Shown here: in pieces, positions 10,131 through 20,296 of the stretch | Layout of the letters: each line of letters begins with the position of its first letter | Numbering within the stretch: position 1 is the stretch's first letter | Sequence record: NZ_CP072340.1 | From: a plasmid | Reading direction: 5' to 3' (one strand) | DNA: 64,000 bases | Translations under genes and position numbers: made by a program | The notes under the pieces: model-generated | What the model saw: only the letters and a program-made list of their open reading frames with translations | What the model was told of the DNA's origin: nothing | Databases searched by the model: none

Positions 10131-12101
10131 TTATTTTACAACATATTTCTTACCATTCACAATATACAATCCAGCAGGAAGTCCCTCGACGTTTGTTGTA
10201 CCATGGCGTACAATCTGTCCATAGACACTGTAGACGTTATTGCATCTGTCAAAAGTACGAGATGCCGTCGAAATATCGGCAGCAGGAAGTGTACTGATGC
10301 CCGTCGTATTGGTATCGTTGAACGCCTGTTTGGCAGCTCCCGACACTCCATTGTCTCTGTCAAGCTTTACGACTGCTGTTTGTGGTGTGAACTTGACGTC
10401 TGTACGCATAGCCTTATAGAAGGCATTCTCCCACTTCGGGTCGTTGCCGGAGTAATAATAGTAACTGTACATCGGCACTTTGGCACCGTCCGTGTAGTTG
10501 CCGACGAAGGTGTATTTTATCCCATCAGTGGTATGGCTTACGCTCTGTCCCTCCAGTTTTCTGACGTAATTGTCATGATCCGTATCAGTATCTTTGGTTA
10601 CACCGACAATAACGTTGTTCTTAGCGTGGTGAAGTCCTGGGTGAATCATGTAAGGGTGATGTGCCTTCATATTCCTTACTTCAGTCTTGAACTGTAAAGT
10701 GATGTATTTCTTGCCAGCGATACGTGGGTCGTTGTCGCTCCTCACACCGCTGAATTCGCATACCTCCGTAGCATCACCAAAAGCATTCTTAATTTGTTCT
10801 TCCGTCAGGTCGAATGGGAAACAGACAGAATACCACTTACCTTCGACAAGACGATCGTCATTGTGTGTATTCTTCAGCTTGGTGGTGAGCATAAACTCAT
10901 TCCAGCCTGCATAGTCGGTACCAGAGTTGGTAAAGTGTCCATTGTCATGTGCAGGATACTTGTTCCCCTCGGCATCAACGACCCACTTATTGTCATCTAC
11001 AGGGTAACCGGAAGAAGCATACTTGTCAGTACCTATTACTTGAATGTATTTGTTGACATATTTCTTGTATGCATCTTCAGGATAATGCAGTACGGTATAG
11101 TGCCCCGTACTTGTGCTGAAATCGGAGAGTTTCACAGTTTCACCCTTGCTCTCGCCATTATAGGAATAACCGTAAGTGTAATTAGATGGCTGGAAAGCCT
11201 GGAGTGCCGCTTTCGTATTATTGCCAAGTACATATACATCTTGCAATGGAGAATTGGGACCTCCGAAGGCATTTACCTCTATGTCTTCTACGCTGGCAGG
11301 AATGACAACCGTCTTAAGCCCAACTCCATGGAAAGCAGTTTTCCTGATGTGTTTCAGCGAGTTCGGCAGGCGCAGGGTCGTGAGATTAGCACAGCTTTCA
11401 AAAGCACCTTCACCGATTTCTTCAAGACTTTCTGGCAGAATGACGCTTGTTAATCCAATACAGCCCCAAAAGGCTTGTTTGTCAATATGTTTTATTCCAT
11501 ACAGGAAATCTATCATCTTGAGATTCGTACAATTGTTAAAAGCCATGTCTGCAATAGACTTAACGCTCGTACCGATGGTCAGCTTCTGGATCCACGTTGT
11601 ACCGGAAAATACACTTGCAGCAATTTCCGCCCTTCCTTTATTTTCCTCCTTGGTAGCATTGGGAAACACTACGCTTGTCCACTTGCTCAGATTGTCGCTG
11701 AACGAAAACTTGGTTTCACGGATACTCTCTGGCAAGACAAGTTCTCCAAGTGTATTACCACTGTTCAATTCTCGAGAGTTATACCCAAGAGTAACGAGCA
11801 CATCATCACTGGCAAAGTCTGCCAGCGCCAAATTCAGATTCTTAATCTTTGAGAAAGGTGGAGTGGTATAACTGCTACCAAAGAAACTTGTCCAGTCGTT
11901 CTGTGATATCTTCACACCATTAGTTGTAATAATCTTGACATTAGTGGAGTTCTTCTGTTCCTCTGAGAAATTACTTACAGCTAAGTCTCCATCTGCTTTC
12001 ACCGTGATAACAAGCGTGTCGCCTTTCATCTCGATAGTCGGATTGGCATGCCCCATGATAATTGTCATGAGCATAATGCCTAAAACATAAAGTCGTTTCA
12101 T
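10131..12101 (-). CDS. T9SS-sorted surface protein with BspA-type leucine-rich repeats and a shared pre-CTD module.
   Basis: Signal peptide MKRLYVLGIMLMTIIMGHA. BspA-like LRRs (IADMAFNNCTNLKMIDFLYGIKHIDKQAFWGC..., LPESLEEIGEGAFESCANLTTLRLPNSL). The C-terminus ...GLPAGLYIVNGKKYVVK is a type IX secretion C-terminal sorting domain. The C-terminal ~250 aa, including the ...KNAFGD... motif, are homologous to the 28142..30385 protein. Confidence 0.8.
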   Translation of the reverse strand: MKRLYVLGIMLMTIIMGHANPTIEMKGDTLVITVKADGDLAVSNFSEEQKNSTNVKIITTNGVKISQNDWTSFFGSSYTTPPFSKIKNLNLALADFASDDVLVTLGYNSRELNSGNTLGELVLPESIRETKFSFSDNLSKWTSVVFPNATKEENKGRAEIAASVFSGTTWIQKLTIGTSVKSIADMAFNNCTNLKMIDFLYGIKHIDKQAFWGCIGLTSVILPESLEEIGEGAFESCANLTTLRLPNSLKHIRKTAFHGVGLKTVVIPASVEDIEVNAFGGPNSPLQDVYVLGNNTKAALQAFQPSNYTYGYSYNGESKGETVKLSDFSTSTGHYTVLHYPEDAYKKYVNKYIQVIGTDKYASSGYPVDDNKWVVDAEGNKYPAHDNGHFTNSGTDYAGWNEFMLTTKLKNTHNDDRLVEGKWYSVCFPFDLTEEQIKNAFGDATEVCEFSGVRSDNDPRIAGKKYITLQFKTEVRNMKAHHPYMIHPGLHHAKNNVIVGVTKDTDTDHDNYVRKLEGQSVSHTTDGIKYTFVGNYTDGAKVPMYSYYYYSGNDPKWENAFYKAMRTDVKFTPQTAVVKLDRDNGVSGAAKQAFNDTNTTGISTLPAADISTASRTFDRCNNVYSVYGQIVRHGTTNVEGLPAGLYIVNGKKYVVK

Positions 12102-13306
12102 TTTTTTGTTAAAGTTACTACATATATTTTAATCAAAGTCGTTTCTGCATTTATGAAGAAAATTATTTTCCAACATCATAAACAAACAAATTACATTTCC
12201 AAATCCAATTCATTATGAAGTCATCAATGACAGAGGAAAGACGTGGCATGCCCAGTCTCAATTCAATATTCCTTTAAAACATACACATACCATAAACAAC
12301 TTTTTTTGGTGGTCAATTACCATTTGTTCAGCAAAAAGCCAAAAAGTTTTGTAAGTTGTTCCAAATTGTAGTGCAAAGTTACTATATTTCTTCGGAATAT
12401 GCAACTATTTGCGCATTTATTTTGTAATCAGATACTGTTATATAGGAGTGGTATTTGTTACAATCACCCTTTTTCCCAAAAGTATCTCCACCTCTTTTCT
12501 ACTGGGCCATTTATTTCCTTTTGGGAAGAATTGTATGGGACTTTTTCAAATTTATTTTAAGAAGGACTGATGATTTCTTAATTACCACTGCGCTGCGTGG
12601 GATACGAAGAGAAAACTCAAAGTCATGACTATACCAACGATGGGAACGAAAGCCATTAATTGCTCTTGGTCATTCGCTTTGACAAATAAGACAGTACCAC
12701 ACTATGTCTGCGATTGTAACATTAAAATAGAAAAAAATTATGCATAAAAAAAAAGCGATGACCCTCTCAGGCGACCGCTTCATAAACCTTTAATAGGTAT
12801 TAGTGGATTTAAGGTAAAAAAGATTGTTTTCAGGATAACGATGGCAAAGTTATGTAAATAATTCTGTTGCTCCAAATGTTTTTGCTGTTTTTTTATTGTT
12901 TTTTCATTGTGCACGCCAACACAAACAAACATTCTTATAAAATCTAAGTCATGTCAAAGTTTAATTAAAGAAATGCAACAACATCATAGGTACAATCTAA
13001 ATAAACCGTTTCCTTATTGTGTTTGGATCATTTGTAAGAATTATTAGATTTCCCAGTCTGTTTCTTTGACATCAAAATTATTTATATTACCTTTGTCAGG
13101 TCTAAATGCAGACCTATATAAATCGATTTCTAACCGTCTTGCCTTGTATCTTATGATGCAAAACACTCCATAACGAGATTACGACGGGTGGGGTATAATT
13201 CGAACAAAAGGACACCATTGCACCATGTCTCTTTCCGAAGAGCGATTTAAAAGTACTGTCCAAAGACAACCAACCCTACACATTAATTATTAAACAACAA
13301 GTTAAA

Positions 13307-16300
13307 ATGAGAAGAATCTACTTACTGATGTTTGCCCTGATGCTATGTTTTAGTATGGCAAATGCACAAGTTATCGAAGGTACGGTGCTGAAATCGTGGG
13401 ACGGAGCCAGTGGTTCCATCGAGATTCCAGCCAATGTTACCGAGATAGCAGCGAACTGTTTCTACACGCCGGCCGAGGAAGACCCCGACACTTGGGAGGT
13501 TATTGCCGAGGAAAAGAGTAACACCAACATTACAAGCGTTAAGCTGAACAATGTCAAGAAGATTGGCAAGAACGCATTCAGAGGCTGTTCCAACATCGAA
13601 ACAATCGATGCTCCGAATGTTGAAACTATCGAAGAAGGTGCATTCTATGGGTTAGAGAAACTGACAATACTCAGTCTTCCAAGTATAAAGGAACTCGGTA
13701 TGAATGCCTTCGAAGGCTGCAATCAAATCGCAAAAATCGCCTTGGGAAGTGGTCTTGCAAAGATGTTTGGCAACACTTTCAAAGGCTGTAAGGCGGTGTC
13801 AGACATCTCTGTGGCTGCCGGCGGCACATACAAAGCCGTGCAGAACGCAATCGTCAGCCCAGACAAAACACTGGTCTATCTTGCTGGAAAGGCAAAGGAG
13901 ATAAAGCTGACAGCCGACGAATGCACTGCCATCGGCGACGATGCACTGTACAACAATACCAATGTAACGAAGATAGACCTGCCCGGTGTGAAGACCATTG
14001 GCAAGAACAGCTTCACGGGTTGCAGTGCTTTGTCGGAACTGTTGGTGCCCAATCTTGTGAGCGTAGCTACCGATAGCTACATTACATGGAGCGGTGTGGC
14101 ATCGCTGACAGTGGTTGATATTCACCTAAGTAAGGACTTCGTGTCGTTCGGAGCCACCGAATTTGCCGATAAAACCTCTACTACCATCTATGTTGCCGAC
14201 GAGAATGTAAAAGCAAAACTCCAAAAAAAGTTCAGCAAATGTAAGATTGTAATTGGCGAACCACAGTCTGTCAAGAACTACAAAGTAACCTATTATATTA
14301 CGAACATAGAGGTTGCAGGAAAGAAAATAGGCGAAATAGAGGCGTGGACCAATGGTGCACGCAACTTTGAAACAGGGACGGAGATACCCGATGGCAATGC
14401 CGTTTCGGTGATGGTAACACCCTATGGCGGCTACAAAATAGACAAGTGGGAGGTGAACGGCAAGCCTGCTGCAACCGAAAACATTCGTCCATCATCGTCC
14501 ATCAATGGCGAAATATGGTCTGTCAATCACATCACCGAGGCTTTGAACATAGCCGTTACGCTGAAGGCAGAGGAGGAAGGAGACCTTATTTTCTTTAAAA
14601 GTAAGGAGCCAGACTTTGGCAATGTAACCTGCACGGTGGTGGAAACGGGCAAGCAGATAAAGACTGCCGAAAAGGTAAAGAAGGGTGCCAAGCTCCACTT
14701 CGAGGCATTCCCGAACACAGGCTACCACGTTACGCAGTGGTATAAGCTTGGTAAAGAAACCGTTACAGACGAAAATGGAAACAAGAAAACCGTTGAAAAG
14801 TATCTTCCTATCCCTGGTTACGACAACGCTACAGTGTACGAATGCAATGCAGAAGATGCCTTGGACATACTCGTAGACTTCGATCGCGAACAGGGAAAAC
14901 ATATTGTCAGCTTCAAGTCTCTGAACGAAAAGACAGGCGAACTCACGGCTTCGGTAGATGGAAACAATATTTCTACGGGGGCAGTAGTAGCCCATGGCGC
15001 AACCGTAGTGTTTACAGCGCACCCCAAAGAGGGCTATGTTGTAGACAGCTGGCTGCTCAACGAAGAAGAAGTGAAAGGCGAAAAGGGTCTGACCTACACC
15101 ATTTCCGACCTGAAAGAAGACGTTACTGTATGGTTGGTTTGCAGTGAAAAGTCGGAAGAACCCGAGCATAAGGCAGAGATAAAAGACGGGCATCTCATCT
15201 CGTGGAAGCCAAAAGGCAAGGCAGTTACCCCCGAGGGAGTGCAGTATATAGACAACAATGCGTTGCAAGCCGCCACAGAACTCGAGTCGTTCCACATCAC
15301 GAAAGACGTCAAGAGCATAGGTGAACTGGTGTTCTTGTTCTGTACTCAGCTCACAGAAATAACGGTAGACCCTGACAACAAGTACTTTACCTCGGTAGAC
15401 GGCGTATTGTACAGCAAAGACAAAACACGCCTGATGGCTTATCCTCCGGGACGTTCAGGTGCGTCATACGAGATTATTCAGAGTGCAACAAGCATCAAGC
15501 CGGGCGCATTTGCATTGGTTCCGTCGCTTCTTGGCGTTACTGTGGCAAAGGGAAACACGGCTCTGCGTGCCAGCAAAGGTGCTCTCTACACGCGCAACAT
15601 GCTCACTTTGCTCTATCAGCCCACCATTCCGCAGACTGCACCGGGTACTGATAAGCTTGCATTGAACGAGGGATTGGAAACCATTGCACGCTATGCTTTG
15701 GCCTACAACCATACGGTTACCGAGATAACGCTGCCGGGTTCGCTGAAGACTATCGAAGCCAATGCGCTTTCAAACAATCCTAACTTGAATGGCATAAAGT
15801 GGGAAGAGGGCGTTGAACCCGAGCTTGAAGCCATTGGCGATTCGGCTTTCTACCACGACGGGCAGTTTGCAAAACTGCAACATATCCCATCTTTGAAAAC
15901 GCTTGGAGCAGGTGTTTTCATTAAGAACGCCAACCTCTTGGAAGTCCATATACCTGCCAATTGCACCATAGGAGACAAGGCATTCTTCGAATGTCTGGCT
16001 CTCCAGAACGTTTATTCGTATGGAATGACCCCACCAGTGATAGCCGATGACGCTTTCAAGTCGATCTACTATCTCGAAGAAGCAGTACTGCACGTGGATA
16101 AGAATGCGGTGGAAGCCTACAAGAAAGCCGATGGCTGGCGCCACTTCAAGCACTACGAAACAGGCACAGTTACTGCCATTGGCTCGGCAAAGGCAGGCGC
16201 AGGCAGTGCAATTCGTGTGGTAGGGCAGAGCAACGGCTACACCGTTGAAGGACTGAATGCTGGACAACGCTACACGCTCTGCACCGTTTCAGGCACACAG

Positions 16301-16405
16301 ATAGCAGCAGGCACTTCCAACGGCAGCAGTCTGTTTGTCCCCGTTCAGCGTGGACAGATTTACATTTTGAATATTGCAGGCGTCAGAACCTACAAATTAT
16401 TTTAA
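13307..16405 (+). CDS. Large BspA-family leucine-rich-repeat surface protein with a T9SS C-terminal sorting domain.
   Basis: Signal peptide MRRIYLLMFALMLCFSMANA. Many BspA-type LRRs (IPANVTEIAANCFY..., KNAFRGCSNIETIDAPNVETIEEGAFYGLEKLT...). Ig-like middle region. C-terminus ...GQIYILNIAGVRTYKLF is T9SS CTD-like. Confidence 0.8.
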   Translation: MRRIYLLMFALMLCFSMANAQVIEGTVLKSWDGASGSIEIPANVTEIAANCFYTPAEEDPDTWEVIAEEKSNTNITSVKLNNVKKIGKNAFRGCSNIETIDAPNVETIEEGAFYGLEKLTILSLPSIKELGMNAFEGCNQIAKIALGSGLAKMFGNTFKGCKAVSDISVAAGGTYKAVQNAIVSPDKTLVYLAGKAKEIKLTADECTAIGDDALYNNTNVTKIDLPGVKTIGKNSFTGCSALSELLVPNLVSVATDSYITWSGVASLTVVDIHLSKDFVSFGATEFADKTSTTIYVADENVKAKLQKKFSKCKIVIGEPQSVKNYKVTYYITNIEVAGKKIGEIEAWTNGARNFETGTEIPDGNAVSVMVTPYGGYKIDKWEVNGKPAATENIRPSSSINGEIWSVNHITEALNIAVTLKAEEEGDLIFFKSKEPDFGNVTCTVVETGKQIKTAEKVKKGAKLHFEAFPNTGYHVTQWYKLGKETVTDENGNKKTVEKYLPIPGYDNATVYECNAEDALDILVDFDREQGKHIVSFKSLNEKTGELTASVDGNNISTGAVVAHGATVVFTAHPKEGYVVDSWLLNEEEVKGEKGLTYTISDLKEDVTVWLVCSEKSEEPEHKAEIKDGHLISWKPKGKAVTPEGVQYIDNNALQAATELESFHITKDVKSIGELVFLFCTQLTEITVDPDNKYFTSVDGVLYSKDKTRLMAYPPGRSGASYEIIQSATSIKPGAFALVPSLLGVTVAKGNTALRASKGALYTRNMLTLLYQPTIPQTAPGTDKLALNEGLETIARYALAYNHTVTEITLPGSLKTIEANALSNNPNLNGIKWEEGVEPELEAIGDSAFYHDGQFAKLQHIPSLKTLGAGVFIKNANLLEVHIPANCTIGDKAFFECLALQNVYSYGMTPPVIADDAFKSIYYLEEAVLHVDKNAVEAYKKADGWRHFKHYETGTVTAIGSAKAGAGSAIRVVGQSNGYTVEGLNAGQRYTLCTVSGTQIAAGTSNGSSLFVPVQRGQIYILNIAGVRTYKLF

Positions 16406-16483
16406 TACAGACAACCAAACGCGCCTTAGAACAACGCAGTATAGACAACGATACAGTGTAAACCAAGGCACATTCCCCATGCA

Positions 16484-16521
16484 GGCAGGAACGCTAACCA
16501 TTACGTTCCTGCCTTTTTATT
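16484..16521 (+). terminator. Rho-independent terminator of the LRR surface-protein gene.
   Basis: A 10-bp perfect stem GGCAGGAACG/CGTTCCTGCC with a 10-nt loop is followed by TTTTTATT. Confidence 0.65.
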
Positions 16522-17385
16522 GATGCGTGCAAACGCTGAAAGCCAGTATTGGAGATACTCAAGCATCTGTTCAAAACCAACAACTGAAGATTGCTTAAGC
16601 TGATTTCCAAGTAACAATTTGTTTCAAAAATCACGATTTCTTAGCATTATTTACTTTTGTTATTGGTAAACCCGTTCTATGCGCACATTTTTGAGAATAG
16701 AGCTACAAGCCTCTTGTGATTAGTTTTATAAACAGGACTGATTGCCAGGACAACACGAAACCTATCGTTTTACTTACGAAAACCTATGTTTTTGCATTGT
16801 AAAAGAGCCTCTTTTATAAAGCAGAACAACAAGTATTGCAATATATTGATTCTAAAGTACTTATATAATTACAATATTTAGAGAAAATATTTACATCTTT
16901 ATTTATAACCCGAATCCCATCATTTTATAAACTAATGCGGGTTATGATAAATAGATAGTTTGACGCCTCTCATTTTTAATATAACGAAAGAATTATAAAA
17001 ATTACACTTATCGTACCAATGAACGTACAGAAAATATAACACGTATTGTTTTTACGGTAGCCCATCATGACCACACTCCAGAAAACTGTAGTCTTGATAA
17101 TCTACGTGCGTTGTGCCAAGTAAGTTTCTTTTCGGTTTTAACATGCTGTATGAAATCTTGTGATAAAGTTTCATTGTGCAATGCTTCCTTTCTCGTATTT
17201 CCCCTTTAAAGACCATTGTTATCCGACTGTAATTTAATGAAGATCAAGTCCATAAACAAAAACGGAACCTTACAGTGCTTCACGATGCGGCAACTGTGTA
17301 AAGCTCCATTGATGGTAATTAACATTGTGTAGGTATATATTTAAAGTTTCGGATAGAAAGTATCAATATCCAAAATTAGATTAAT

Positions 17386-18084
17386 TTACACAATATAGCC
17401 GCTATCGTCCACTTCAACTCCCTCTTCCCCACGTTTCACTTCGCCTTCGTATGTAACGAAATAGAAACCTTTACGCGGTGTCCATTCCATGCAGAAGAGT
17501 TCTGAAGGAGATTCAAAGCCATTGTGGACTATGTTGCTCAGCACCCAGGTTTTGGAACGATTGCATTGGTCCAAGGTGCTTTCTATAATGGCTCCATTAT
17601 TTACTAACAGGAACGATGGCGCTGTATGATTCGGCGGAAGAACTGTTACGGCTCCATTGGTTTCGAAAATAACATCTTCGGCATCGAACATAGAGAAGAT
17701 TCCTTTCTGCCGCAAGAGCAGGCGGAATTGTTCCATTTCAAGACTATTACGCTTAAAATTCTTAAAATTAATAGCTCCATCTTTTACGAGAAACACGCTT
17801 TCACCTTTTATAAAATGACGCAGACGAGCCGAACGCATAGCAAACCGAATGAGCATATTGAACAGCGTCCACACCGTCAAGGCGAAAAGAATATGCCACA
17901 TAGACATATCGGGATTGTATAAAACGCCACCGACTAAAGCACCAATAACAAAAGCACTTACGGTATCGAGCGGAGTAATTTGAGCCATTTGGGCTTTTCC
18001 TGCAATGCGCAGAAATACTAATATGCCAATCATGCCTGTAATAAGCTTCAGGGCAATGGCAATGTAAGGTTGTAATAAATCCAT
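17386..18084 (-). CDS. DUF421 (YetF-family) membrane protein.
   Basis: Two to three N-terminal TM helices, then the conserved DUF421 region (NGAVTVLP..., GYIV C-terminus). 232 aa. Confidence 0.7.
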   Translation of the reverse strand: MDLLQPYIAIALKLITGMIGILVFLRIAGKAQMAQITPLDTVSAFVIGALVGGVLYNPDMSMWHILFALTVWTLFNMLIRFAMRSARLRHFIKGESVFLVKDGAINFKNFKRNSLEMEQFRLLLRQKGIFSMFDAEDVIFETNGAVTVLPPNHTAPSFLLVNNGAIIESTLDQCNRSKTWVLSNIVHNGFESPSELFCMEWTPRKGFYFVTYEGEVKRGEEGVEVDDSGYIV

Positions 18085-18267
18085 TATGCTTATCTTTTTA
18101 TTATTCCAGGGACAAATTTACAAATAAAAAAATAACAGCCCTATTTCTGTCTTACATTTTTAATATTTTTCTATTCCCAGACTAACTTGAGAAGAAAAAA
18201 ACATGTTGGTTGAACTGGAGGAAGCAACTGTGCAACGTGCAAAAAAGCCAGTCGAATGCTTTGCATA

Positions 18268-18330
18268 AATTAGATATCTGCCATTCTCGTTTCAGATATC
18301 TGGCACAATGGAATTAGATATCTAATTTTA
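18268..18330. repeat. Cluster of three AGATATCT-core palindromic motifs (AAATTAGATATCTG, CAGATATCTGG, GAATTAGATATCTAATTT).
   Basis: Read directly from the sequence. The third copy is a perfect 16-bp palindrome AATTAGATATCTAATT. The same motif family recurs at 27399..27444 and in degenerate form at about 27691. Confidence 0.6.
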
Positions 18331-18586
18331 CAATGTCTATCGAATGGCTATTTCATACGGTTTGCATGACTGCCTTCGATGGACTTACAGTAATGAGCAA
18401 ATGGTGGGTAGGAATGGGATTGGTCAGCACACAGAATTGGCTGGTTGGCAAGTACTTTATAAGCGAAAAACTTCCCCCATGCCTTCGTTTATAAAAAATT
18501 TAACACAAAAACGTTATGTATGAAAAAAGGTCTGTTGGGGGAAGTATATAGAATGACAGATAAGCGTCTTAAGTGTCCATTTCGAC

Positions 18587-20164
18587 TTAAAAGTCAGGAT
18601 CGCTGCCTGGTGGTGGCAACGGGTCGTCGTTCATTCGGCTGGCTATGATTTCTCCACCAAACTCGTCAGGCATGGCTGGAGGCAGAATGTCGTTTTCGTC
18701 TGGATTGGAAAAACGTGTATATTCGCCACGGAACGAGAGCAATACGTCGTCGGTAGCGCCTTTGCGGTGCTTGGCTATGATGATTTGTGCCTTGCCGTGC
18801 AAATCGTTTCCTTTTTCGTCCTGAAATATTCGGTAGTATTCCGGTCGATGCACAAAGAGCACCAAGTCGGCATCTTGCTCAATGGCTCCCGATTCGCGCA
18901 GGTCGCTCAGTTGCGGGCGTTTGCCCTCTATGCCGTCGCGCTGCTCCACCGTACGGTTCAGCTGAGAGAGAGCCAGCACTGGTATGTTCAGTTCTTTCGC
19001 CAGTCCTTTTAGCGAACGGCTAATGGTAGACACCTCTTCCTGTCGGCTGTTGAAGCGCATTCCGTTGGCATTCATCAGCTGCAGATAGTCTACCATGAGC
19101 ACTTTTATGCCATGTTCGCGAACCAAGCGGCGGGCTTTGGTGCGAAGCTCAAAAACCGACAGTCCTGGTGTGTCGTCTACATAGATGGGCGCGCCGTCCA
19201 TCTTGCGCAGGTTGTTGTCGAACCGTTCCCAATCGGAGGGGTCCAACTGTCCGCTCAGAATCTTGCTGCCCGATATGGAACAGACGTTAGACAGTAAGCG
19301 GTTTACCAACTGTACGTTGTTCATTTCGAGCGAGAAGAAGGCTACTGGTATGCGATTGTCTATTGCAATGTTCTTGGCAAGGCTGAGGGCAAACGAAGTC
19401 TTACCCATCGCAGGACGCCCCGCAATAATAACAAGGTCGGACGGTTGCCAGCCCGCAGTAATCTTGTCCAACTTGGTGAAACCAGTCGATATCCCCGTCA
19501 AGCCGCCATTCTCCTGGTTATTGGCTGCTTTGAGCAATAGTTCGTGTGCTTGCTTTACAATGGGGTCTATCTGTGTGTACTCTTGCGCCATGTTCTTTTG
19601 CGAGAGTTCGAACAGGCTGCCTTCTGCCTTTTGCATGAGTTCGTCTACGTCGACGGTTTCGTCGAAAGCTGATGTCTCTATCATGGAAGCGAACTGTATG
19701 AGCTGGCGGGCGAGGAATTTCTGGGCTAATATTCTGCCATGATATTCTATGTGTGCCGATGATGCCACGTGCGAGCTCAGCTCTACTATATAGGCTGGTC
19801 CGCCCACTTCTTCCAAGTCTCCGCTGCGTTTCAACTCTTCTGCCACCGTCATAATGTCGACGGGTTTCTCGTGGAGGTTCAACGATTGTATGGCACCATA
19901 TATTTTCTGGTGGCGCGGGTCGTAAAAAGTTTCCGGACGAATTAGCTCCGACACCACCGTAAAGGCGTCGCTGTCAATCATCAAAGCACCGAGCACAACC
20001 TTCTCTATGTCTAACGCCTGGGGTTGTAAATGTCCAAACGATGTATCGATAGGTGCAACATTACGTTTGCGGGTGCTTTTTGCGCTATTACTTTTCTTTT
20101 CTGCCATAACAGCGACAAAAGTAATGAAAAATCTGCAAACTATCGCAACTTTATCCATAATCAT
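18587..20164 (-). CDS. dnaB: Replicative DNA helicase DnaB.
   Basis: DnaB N-terminal domain (LPQALDIEKVVLGALM), Walker A GRPAMGKTSFAL, and the full RecA-like C-terminal domain. The track start is at 20164. The likely true start is the Met at 20107 (MAEKKSNSAK...). Confidence 0.95.
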   Translation of the reverse strand: MIMDKVAIVCRFFITFVAVMAEKKSNSAKSTRKRNVAPIDTSFGHLQPQALDIEKVVLGALMIDSDAFTVVSELIRPETFYDPRHQKIYGAIQSLNLHEKPVDIMTVAEELKRSGDLEEVGGPAYIVELSSHVASSAHIEYHGRILAQKFLARQLIQFASMIETSAFDETVDVDELMQKAEGSLFELSQKNMAQEYTQIDPIVKQAHELLLKAANNQENGGLTGISTGFTKLDKITAGWQPSDLVIIAGRPAMGKTSFALSLAKNIAIDNRIPVAFFSLEMNNVQLVNRLLSNVCSISGSKILSGQLDPSDWERFDNNLRKMDGAPIYVDDTPGLSVFELRTKARRLVREHGIKVLMVDYLQLMNANGMRFNSRQEEVSTISRSLKGLAKELNIPVLALSQLNRTVEQRDGIEGKRPQLSDLRESGAIEQDADLVLFVHRPEYYRIFQDEKGNDLHGKAQIIIAKHRKGATDDVLLSFRGEYTRFSNPDENDILPPAMPDEFGGEIIASRMNDDPLPPPGSDPDF

Positions 20165-20296
20165 TTTCTATCTTTGCAAAAGGTTACTGCCCCAAGAAGC
20201 ACAAAACCTTAAAAAATTGCAGAACGGCGAAGCACTGCAGATTGTCCATGTGGCGAATCGCTTTTATGAATAAAACATAAACGGAAAAAAGAAAGA

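Noticed and set aside
14492-15295. A 267-aa minus-strand ORF, plus other long antisense ORFs such as 1421..1987, 10794..11453, 25805..26686, 35456..36412, 39732..40295, 32665..33063, 19185..19742 and 47314..47781.
   Set aside because: Each is embedded antisense or out of frame within a strongly supported protein gene (LRR protein, T9SS protein, TPR protein, outer-membrane barrel, integrase, ABC ATPase, dnaB, helicase). They have low-complexity or Cys/Arg-rich translations typical of shadow ORFs.
20007-20273. 88-aa and 60-aa plus-strand ORFs upstream of ispE.
   Set aside because: They overlap the dnaB 5' end and promoter region on the opposite strand, have no motifs, and are probably non-coding.
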